From contig NW_024704743.1 of the NCBI RefSeq assembly GCF_018977255.1, positions 80,292,001-80,356,000 on the forward strand: a stretch of 64,000 nucleotides of DNA, read 5' to 3'. The stretch comes from Callorhinchus milii. Lineage: Eukaryota. The notes under the pieces were generated by a model. The model saw only the letters and a program-made list of their open reading frames with translations, ran no database searches and was not told where the DNA came from. The translations under genes were made by a program, and so were the position numbers. Shown piece after piece: positions 54,552-64,000 of the stretch (its first letter is position 1; each line of letters starts with the position of its first letter).

Positions 54552-57144
54552 ATCATCATCCTGGGTGACTTCAACCTGCACTTCAGCCCCTCCTGCTCCA
54601 TCTCCTCGGACTTCTCCTCCCTCCTCTCCTCGCTCAACCTCTCCCTCCACATCAACTCCGCCACTCACATTCACGGCCACCCACTCGATTAGGTGATCAC
54701 CCGGGGCCTCAGTGTCTCGGATGTCACCATTACCGATAAGGCCGTCTCTGATCACCACTTCATCTCCTTCACCACGTCCACCCCCCTCCCTACCTCTACC
54801 AGACCCACCACCATCTTCTACCGCCCCTGGAAGAAGTTACCCCCACAATCCCTAACCGCTGCCTTGGAGTCCTCTGAACTCCTCTCCCTCTGGTCTTCAT
54901 CCCTCACTGACCCCTCTTCTGCTCTCACCCTCCTCCACAACACCCTCCCCTCCACACTCGACACTCTTGCCCCCATCACCTCTCGTACTGTCTCTTACTC
55001 TCGCTCCTCCCCCTGGTTCACCACCCACTTCCGCTCACTGAAGAGCCAGGTGCGGGCCGCTGAATGCACCTGCCTCAAATCTGGCCCAAAGGTCCACCGG
55101 CAAATCTGGCTGGACCTCCTCAAAACCTACCGCTCCACTCTAGCCTCGGACAAGTCGTCCTTCTACTCCAGGATAATCCTGGAGGTGAAGACAACCCCAG
55201 GCTTCTGTTCTCTACCACATCCCAACTCCTCCGTCCCCCCCGCCACACCGCGCAGGTCATCTCCTCCAACCTTCACTGCGAGGAGATGCTGGATTTCCTT
55301 GAATCCAAAATCAAGGGAATCCGCTCCGCGGTCACTGCCCCTCCAACTTCCACACACACCCCACCCCTTCCCTCCAACACTCCGACTCCCACCCATCCTC
55401 CCCTACACACCTTCGAACCCGTTTCCCCACCCTCTGTCATCAAACTCATCCTGTCCTTAAAACCCACCACCTGCTCCCTTGACCCCATCCCCACTCCACT
55501 CCTTATCTCCCAGCTCCACCTCCTTGCCCCACTTCTCACAGACACCATTAACCTGTCCCTCTCCTCTGGCTCTGTTCCCATTCCCTCAAAACTGCCACCA
55601 TCACTCCCATACTGAAAAAACCCTCCCTTGATGCGTCGCAGCTATCAAGCTACTGACCCATCTCCAACCTCTCCTTCCTGTCCAAGGTTCTCGAAAGAGT
55701 CGTCGCCTCCCAGCTGCGCTCTTTCCTCTCTACCCACTCACTTTCGGAACCTCCTCCAGTCGGGTTTCTGTGCTGCCCATAGCACGGAAACTGCCCTGGT
55801 CAAGGTCACTAATGACATCTTGACCATCTGCGACCAGGGCTCCCTCTGCCTCCTCGTCCTCCTCGACCTATCGGCCGCATTCGATACAGTCGACCACTCT
55901 ATCCTCCTCCACCGCTTGTCCTCCCACCTCAACTTTCAAGGCCCTGTCCTTGAGGGGTTTAGGTCCTACTTCTCCCACCGTCTTCACTTTGTCTCTGCAA
56001 ACGGCTTTTCCTCCAGCCCCCGCACTGTCTCGTGCGGTGTCCCTCAGGGCTCTGTCCTCGGTCCCCTCCTCTTCACCCTCTATATGCTCCCCCTTGGTGA
56101 CATCATCTTCAGACTTGGGGTTAACTTCCACATGTATGCGGATGGCACCCAACTCTACCTTTCCTTTTCTACCCTCAACTCCACGACCACCGATGTCCTG
56201 ACAGCCTGCCTGTCCGACATCGAGTCCTGGACGAGAGACAACTTTCTTCAGCTCAACATGCACAAAACTGAGGCCCTCCTGATTGGCTCACGTCAGCGCC
56301 TCCGCACCTCAGGCGCTGACAGCATCAGCATCCAAGGCTGCACTCTCCACCTCTCAAAGCCAGTCAGGAACCTCGGGTTCTGTTCGACCCTGAGCTGTCC
56401 TTTCTTCCCCACGTTCACGCCACAACTGGCACTGCCTTCCACCACCTCCAGAACATCGCCAGACTATGGCACTACCTCACCCCTCACGCTGCTGAAACAC
56501 TGGTCCACGCCTTTATCACCTCAAGGCTGGACTACGGGAACTCTCTCCTCGCCGGCCTTCCCGGCACCTCCCTGCACAAGCTGCAGGTCAGACTGGAGGG
56601 GTTCCAAAAGTGAGTGGGTGGAGAGGAAAGAGCACCAGGCTTCGCGACCACATCACTCCCACCCTCGCTCACCTCCACTGGCTCCCCATCCCCCAGAAGA
56701 TCAAATTCAAGATCCTCATCCTCACCTACAAGGCCATTCACGGCCTTGCTCCCTCCTACCTTTCTGACCTACTATCCCCTACTTACCTGCCCGTACCCTC
56801 CGTTCCTCTGGCTCCGGTCTGCTCCACATCCCCCGGCCCAACCGCCCTACCATCGGTGGCCGGGCCTTCAGCCTCTCAGCCCCCAGGCTCTGGAACCCCA
56901 TCCCCCAGTGCCTTCATCTTGCTTCCTCCATTTCCTCCTTCAAGGCTGATCTCAAGACCTTTCTCTTCAGCCGTGCCTTCAGCTCTCCTCTCGACTCTCT
57001 ACCCCCTGCTCGCTCCCTCCCTTCCCTCCCCTCACCCTGACCATTTCCCCCTGCTCAGATCCCGACCCAACTGTCCAGCACCTTGGGACGTCCTCCCGAC
57101 GTGAAAGGCACTCTATAAATGCAATCTTGTTGGTGTTGTTGTTG
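54552..57144 (+). mobile_element. L2 LINE, most of ORF2 (APE C-terminal half, RT) plus 3' tail; frameshifted
   Basis: ILGDFNLH, HIHGHPLD, VSDH, TCSLDPIP, QSGF..HSTETAL, LDLSAAFDTVDH, GVPQGSVLGPLLF, YADG (YADD mutated), (GTT)n tail. Confidence 0.95.
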
Positions 57145-59000
57145 AATCAGGTTGTGGCTTCAAGACCCACATCAGGACTAAATATAATCTCATATAATCA
57201 CATTATCTAACATGACACTTCAATGAAGCGTTGGGTGTGTGTTTCATGGTCGGAGGTGCTGTCCTTTAAATGAGGTGATAAACTGAGGTCCTGTGCTGAA
57301 CTGTCTGGCACATTTCACTCACGAAATACACAATCAATCCATTTTGCAGTGTATCCTGTGATTTGCTTTTAGATGTCTCAATGACGTGAAAGGCGCTATA
57401 TCAAATGCAAAGATTATCATTTTTATTACTATTCGGAAGCTGTGATTATTTTGGAAATATCTCCTCTTTTGACAGAAGGTTGGAAAGGGAAGCAGACCAA
57501 TTTGAAATCTATTTGATAAGCAAGTTTTAAAAGAAAGTCTTAAAGATCCCATGGCATTGATTAAAAGAGAAATGGTATCAGGGCCAACAATCCCCCAGAT
57601 GAATTTGATCATTCACTTTATGGCTGTTTGTGAGACATTGCTCTGTCAACTTGACTGATGAGTTTGCTTACAAGTTACACAACAATAACACCATACCACA
57701 AATCCTATGAAATGCTTTGAGACTTCCTCATGATGTGAAAGTTATTATATTAACTGTACGGATTATTATATCTATATTAACCTGCCAGGAGGAAAGTATA
57801 TCTCTTGTCACATGCACCAGGGGTTCCTTGTACTGCACTCTGTTCTCCAGGATTAATGACAAGAAACAGCTTTTATTTTCCTTTAAGTTAATTGAGCAAA
57901 CTAGGAGAGTGCTCAGGGTTGACCACTAAAATGTTACATTTTGACCGAGGAGAGGGTGGATTCTCAGCAGGAAAGAAATAATAATAATAACAATAACAAC
58001 GATTACAATCTGAAAGTCACAATGAGCGACTCAAGTCTGGTGAATGAACATATTGTTTTCAACCTCCCTCCTGCTTTTCCCATCCCCGGACTCCCAGGAT
58101 CATGGTTTAACACCTCCTCCAAAGAACGGCACCTCCGACAATGCAGCACTCCCGAAGGACCACATTGGAGTGTCAGCCTACGCTGAGCTCTGATTAATAC
58201 ATGCAGTACAGCAAATTGTTCTATCATTGAGCCTAATTATCACTTGGTTGTAGATTTCAAGTTTGATTTCGAGATGACTGATTAATCTTCATAGCTGGAC
58301 TTTTCAAACAGCAAAGTATTCAATACTGAACTCTCCTGGTGTCTTTGCTGGAGGTTTAGACCCCGCAAGAAAAGGTTTTGTCACTGGAATTTGGGTTTCA
58401 ACCAAAGTCAGCGTTCAGCCTGACGATTACCTAAGAAGAAGATAAGGTAGTGTTCGTGAAGGTTGTGTTAATCTTGGTTAGAGCAGTGTAAGAGGAGCCA
58501 AGGATATATAATGTAGAGCTAGGCATGGGAGTGGAGCTGAAGTGACACAACTGTGGAAGTAATGAAAACGTTTATGGACAGAGAAAATTGCAGATGATTA
58601 GCAAATTCCATCATTCAACTGAGTCAGGGTTCAAGCCCCATTTTAGGATTTTTCCAACTCATAGTCTGACACTCCGATACATTGCTGGGGGAAATGTTGC
58701 ATTGTCAGAGGTGCTGTCCTTCAGATGAGATATTAGATTGAGATCCTGTCTGTCTGTTCAGGAAGCTGTAGAAGATCCCAAAGCACTATTCAAAAAGAGA
58801 TGGGAGTTTCTCCTGATGTCCTGGCCAGCAATCCCACAGATAACCACTTCATGGTTATTTGTGGGACACTGCAGTGTACAAATTTGGTTACCACATTTGC
58901 ATACAGAAAAATCAGTTGCTACGTTTATAGTGAATAATGCAAAGCACTTTGTGATGTTTCACTGACATGAAGGCATGATATCAAAAGCAAGGATTATTAT
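57145..59000. mobile_element. Cluster of old Deu-domain SINE copies (~57145-57750 +, ~58020-58185 -, ~58610-59000 +)
   Basis: GGAGGTGCTGTCCTT...GATGAG...AAAGATCCC core motifs. Confidence 0.7.
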
Positions 59001-61329
59001 AATCTGTGAAGTTGAAGGAATTTGTTATGGAATGTTCACCCTTTCCTCCTTCCTCTCCTTATTCTCACCTTTCAATTCAAGGGTCTCTTCCTCTATAATT
59101 GATTATATTCCCGAATGTATCTAATCCTTTATTCCTTCTCGATGGATTGATGCCACTGCCCACCCACAATCTAGGTACCAATGCCGCCCCCACAACATTA
59201 AAAGTAAAAAGGTTGAAAATTCTCTCATCTCCCTTATATACGGTGCTTCTTTGATTGATGATAACTATTAGTTGAGTGCTGTTATTTTCTCAATGTTCAA
59301 GATAATACTGTGTGACTTTTCCCCTTCTATCACCCTCCCTGCCCCACCATATATTCATTATCAAAATGAAAAGACATATTTTTCTTCTTGAATATAGGTA
59401 TAACTGTTCAATTATTTCTTTCTCCCAGGTCATCTCCCTGAGTTTTGTTTATGCATTCAGTTTTGTCATTTCTTTGAAGGATTTGTAAAAAGAGAACAGT
59501 TTGACTGGTGCATCTATGACTTACAGTTGAGCTCTTCAAAGCATCTCAAGGGTGCCAATCGCCACATCACAAGAAGTGACGTGAGCCAGCAAAGGATGAC
59601 TGGATATGAAAGAGATGAAAGTTAGACATAAAGCAGCACGGGTTCTGCAGGGAAACATAATGCAAAACAAACATTTAAATTGCTGCATGGACTTTGTTCA
59701 GCAGTTTACTTTGTCTTTTGATCTCACGTGACTCTTTTTTCAATACTGCTAATCAGAAATGACAATAGCAGCAAGAGCAGTCTTTAGGTAAAACTAATTC
59801 AGAGACCTATGTACAATAATTACACACTAAAAATAAATTCTGGTGATCAATCTGAAAATCTAGGAGAATGTTTATTAGGTGGTATAAGTTTTCTGCTTAC
59901 ATTGCATAATTTTATGTTCAAAGCTTTCTCTCTAATGCAGTCATAAGAGGAAGTTGCGGAATGTTTTAGAGTACGGCAAACATGTGCTTCTCTCAATTCA
60001 GACATCCAGGCACCTTCCTTCATGTGGTAAGACTGCTGTATGACACATGATGAGCAGGAATTACTTCACTGGCTAGCTTTCTTCACCATTCAATTAGATA
60101 AATTTTGCGGTAGTTAAGAGTATTTCTTAAATAAGCTAAGGATTATTTGATAACTACCAGAAGGTGGTAGCACCAGTAAGAGGTTTTTCTTCTCAGGATT
60201 CTAACGCCTCTGGGTTTGACCCTTTCCTATGCTTTTTATTTAATAAATTTTAAAGCTGTATTGGTTTCTCAATTTTTGTTGTTGTTTGATATTGCTTTCC
60301 ATGTTTGATCTGCTGGCTCCTTTGCTCAGCAGAGGCAAGGATGGCCGAATGGCATTCTTCCGCGCAATACATTTCTGTGGTTCTATAGATCTGGGAGAGA
60401 TCATTTCTGTGCTCCCTTGGCCAAATAAACATTAGTGATTAGCTGGCTTCGGGTATAGGTTATCTGATCAGCAACACATTTTGAAGAGGAATCCAGAAAT
60501 GACATCCTTGTCCTAGAGTGAAGTGATGTTATGGCCACTGATCTAGTTATCTCCATCAAAGTGACAACCTTTCAAACTGTCAAGCAATGTCCCTACCTTT
60601 ATGGCATAGTGCAAAATAAGGCAATATTTATCCAGAAGATGCTTACATTAATCAGGAAAGTCAACCTGGAAAGTATATGGTTGCACAACTGGGTATGGAA
60701 TTCAGTTCCAGACTAAGACTAAGGTGTACAGTGCAGCAATAACTTTCTCCCTACAATGTGGGGCAGAAATATGGACCTGGTTATGGTGTCATTGTCTATC
60801 AGCTTCATATCCTGGACACTTATGATCCATCATGCAAATTTCATACAAAGAAGAAAAGTAATAATGCTTCCATTTGATGTGGTATCAGAATGCACTTCAC
60901 ACAATGAATTACTCTGAAGTGCAGTGAGTGTGTTATGTAATTAAATGTTCCAATCAATCTGAATCAGCAACATCTCATAGACAACAATGGGCAAAGTCGA
61001 AAAGCAGAAGGTCGCAATTAACTACTGGTGCCTCAAATCACTAATGACCAATTTATGGAATTTGTATTCTGAGATACCCGAAGTCGGGGATGGAAAGCCA
61101 GTGAATCAGTGGTGGCACACTGTTGGTTAATGTCAGGATTCCCTCCTGGGGGACCTTCAATCGCCAGCCATTGCAAATAGAGGATTTTTCTACGCCAATG
61201 TTGAATTTGAATGAGGGATAAATATTGGTTAGGACAATACGAAAACTATCTAGTCTTCTTTAATGTCCAGCTGAACCAGAAGAACAGGCAGACAGGATCC
61301 AGATTTAAAGTCTCATTTGAAGAATAATC

Positions 61330-61680
61330 GACACCAAACATCGAGTCTTTTGTAAATTGAATCATCCTGATGGAAATACAATGGACTGAACATGTCACGC
61401 ACGAGTGAAGAATGAACAACAAAGTGAAGGATATTTACTGCACCGCGAGATGGTAAGTGAACAATAGATAGGCACAGGAAACAATTCAAGGACACCTTGA
61501 AGCAGAGTCTGCAAAAATTTCTCAGTTAAGTGAGGGGATTGTTAGCATCTTCAGCATCTGCGAAGTACCAAAAGCAAATGTAGAGTAAAAAGGCATTGAA
61601 CATTGACATATCCGCATAGGATTCTGGACAAGTGAGGATGTGTAAAATGAGCTGGCACTTGGGACTCATTTGACAGACAA
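61330..61680 (+). mobile_element. Old RTE-clade LINE C-terminal fragment
   Basis: IQWTEHV (cf. LRWAGHV) and KQFKDTLKQSLQKF (cf. KRFKDTLK.SLK). Confidence 0.6.
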
Positions 61681-62049
61681 CAATGGGTTTGGAAAAACGG
61701 CAATTCTGAGTATGACACTAGTAATGACTCAAAATCTATAATCTTTGATAGAGATGACTAATAATTATAATACTAACATCTGACATCAAAACGTTGCGAA
61801 GAGCTTCAGAGATAATTGCTGCAAAATATAGTGACTATGTATTTGAGGCAAACACAGCAGCCAATTGGTGTACAGCTTTGTCCCACAAACAGCCATGAGA
61901 TGAATGACCAATATTGTCTGCAGGACAAACTCTCGATTAGTATTATGGGATCTTTAATAGCCAGATTTTAGTTTGATGTCTAATCTAAAGGACAGCACCT
62001 TTAACAATGTAATACTCCTCCACATTCACGTTGATATACAGGAAAGTGT

Positions 62050-62555
62050 AATCATAGAATCATAGAATATACAGCACAGAAGGATGCCATTCCGCGATCG
62101 TGTCCGTGCCAGCTATTTGAAAGAGCTATCCAAATTAATCCCACTCCCCCGCTCTCTCCCCATAGCCCTACAAATTTGTCCTCCCTTTGTATTGTAATAA
62201 CTATCTCTGCGACCTCCTAAGCCCTACCAACCTGCCCGTTCCCTCCGCTCAGCAGGCTCTGACCTGCTCCACGTCCCCCGACCCATCCACCCCACCGTTG
62301 GCGGGAGAGCCTTCATCCACTCTGCCCCCAACCTCTGGAATTCCATCCTCCAATCATTCTGCCTCGCCCCCTCCTTAGCCTCCTTCAAGTCTCACCTCAA
62401 GACCCTCCTCTTCGACCATGCCATCGGCCATCCCCCTTCCTCTCCCTTAGCCCCCCAACCCCAGCTCGGGTCTGAAATGCTGTACTCTGTCCAGTGCCTT
62501 GGGACGTCCTCCCAACGTCAAAGGTGCTATAGAAATGTAATCTTGTTGTTGTTGT
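62050..62555. mobile_element. CR1 3' end (62050-62185, -) next to an L2 3' fragment (62200-62555, +)
   Basis: ATCATAGAATCATAGAA is the reverse complement of a CR1 octamer tail; L2 YLCDLL.P remnant with a (GTT)n tail. Confidence 0.85.
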
Positions 62556-64000
62556 AATGTCTGCATATTTTGTATGTGTTGAGGAGTGAGCGTACACTTT
62601 ACTATACCAGTGCACCTCAGGCATTTCACTCCCCATATTCCCTAGATTGTGGACTCAGTGCCAAAAAATGAGGAAATTGATTGCAAGTCTTGTTGAGAAC
62701 CAGTTTGCCCTGTGATCTTGTAGCTGCTAAAAACTGGGAGTGAGACAAGACACAGAGGGCTCTTCACAGCTGCCAGTGATAAAAACTTTTCCCATCTGTC
62801 AAAGGCAGGATCCAAACCCTTGTCCCAGAGATGATATTCTAATACATCTCCTTCCGATGTGAAAGGCGCTATACAAATGTCATTTTGTTGTTGTTGTTGT
62901 ACATCTGTGCCAGATTTATCACAAGAATTTCTTACCTGTGCATAATGATTCCACATGTAGAAATCTATGCTTCTGAATTTGTTTTATCCAACACTGACTG
63001 TAATGACATTTGTGAAAATAGATGTGAAAGAACGAACATTGAAACTGAATGAGCAAATTAAAGACTGAATATTTTTACTGTGTTTCTCATGGTTACAAAC
63101 CATGCATCCCATTCTTTAATTAACAAACACAACAATAACAACAAATTCTTCCATTCTAGTCAATTCCAGTTTGAGCTGGTTCAATCCAAAAGTGGATTCT
63201 GTGAGCTACAAATAACTGCAAACACAATATAATGTGCTTCACAAAGAGACTAAAGAAGTCTGTTTATATTGCCTTCACAAACCAGATTTCATAATGTGAC
63301 GGGCACTAGTGGTTTATAAGTAACAATATAATAGGTCTTAGTGGCTGAGAAATACAGCACTTGGATTTGATTAAATGCAATGAAATAGAGATTGCCAGTA
63401 GATTATGGCATTCTACTTGGTCTACGTCATTCTTGTGCAAAAACAAAATGTGCATTTCAAAATGTATACATGAAAAGCATTTATTGAAATTATCTGTCAC
63501 TTTGTATCATTTAAATCCCTTCCTTTGAATTAAATAATTCCAGAGATGAGCAAATCTTCGCAAATCTAACTTTGATTCACTTTTCCATGTGCGGTGTCTG
63601 CACAAACAAGATTTACCAATTCCCTGCCACAATGTAATCTAAATGGCTCTCAAGATCTCCAACATCCCCAGATTCTCAGAAGGCAATTGCTTGAGAAATC
63701 AATGACTGCTGACTGTTTGGGAGAGATTTTGTTTTCTACTGTTGATCTCATACATTTGGTTTCTTTTTTTTTACTGAATGGGGAGCTTTCCAATTGTTTC
63801 ACAAGTGACAAACGGACATCTTATTAATCAATGACTTACTAATTATGTGACTTACAATGACTTACTAATCAATAACTTACTCATAATCTATTTTACTAAT
63901 TTTTGTTTGGGCATTGGGGAGTTTCCCCAAATTATTTTAAATATAAGCAGTAGTTGGTAAATTGTTTGCCTTTCAATATTTTTTCCACATATAAAGTATT

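Noticed and set aside
55628..56767. 379-aa ORF as an active L2 ORF2
   Set aside because: YADD is mutated to YADG, there are frameshifts on both sides, and the element is 5'-truncated.
63826..63885. AATGACTTACT short repeats
   Set aside because: Short degenerate slippage repeat with no further structure.

Overview
Vertebrate genomic DNA. It is most likely from a cartilaginous fish, plausibly a chimaera; this is inferred from the mix of L2 and CR1 LINEs, Deu-domain SINEs and a tRNA-Ala-headed SINE. Only one host gene is supported: the single coding exon of LRATD2/FAM84B (11301-12167, +) in a CpG island. About 50 kb of gene-poor, repeat-rich sequence follows it. Main observations: (1) a ~4.8 kb LTR/retrovirus relic (40521-45309) whose gag, protease, RT and RNase H motifs are all on one strand but in shuffled order; (2) two independent young L2 insertions that stop at the same internal 5' point; (3) a chimeric SINE pair with a 252-bp duplication that fits homology-completed retrotransposition; (4) a 574-bp foldback with perfectly identical outer arms; (5) an in-frame upstream ATG that could mask the LRATD2 myristoylation motif. 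There are no prokaryote-type systems such as CRISPR. All family assignments are by eye and from memory of consensus motifs, not from database searches.
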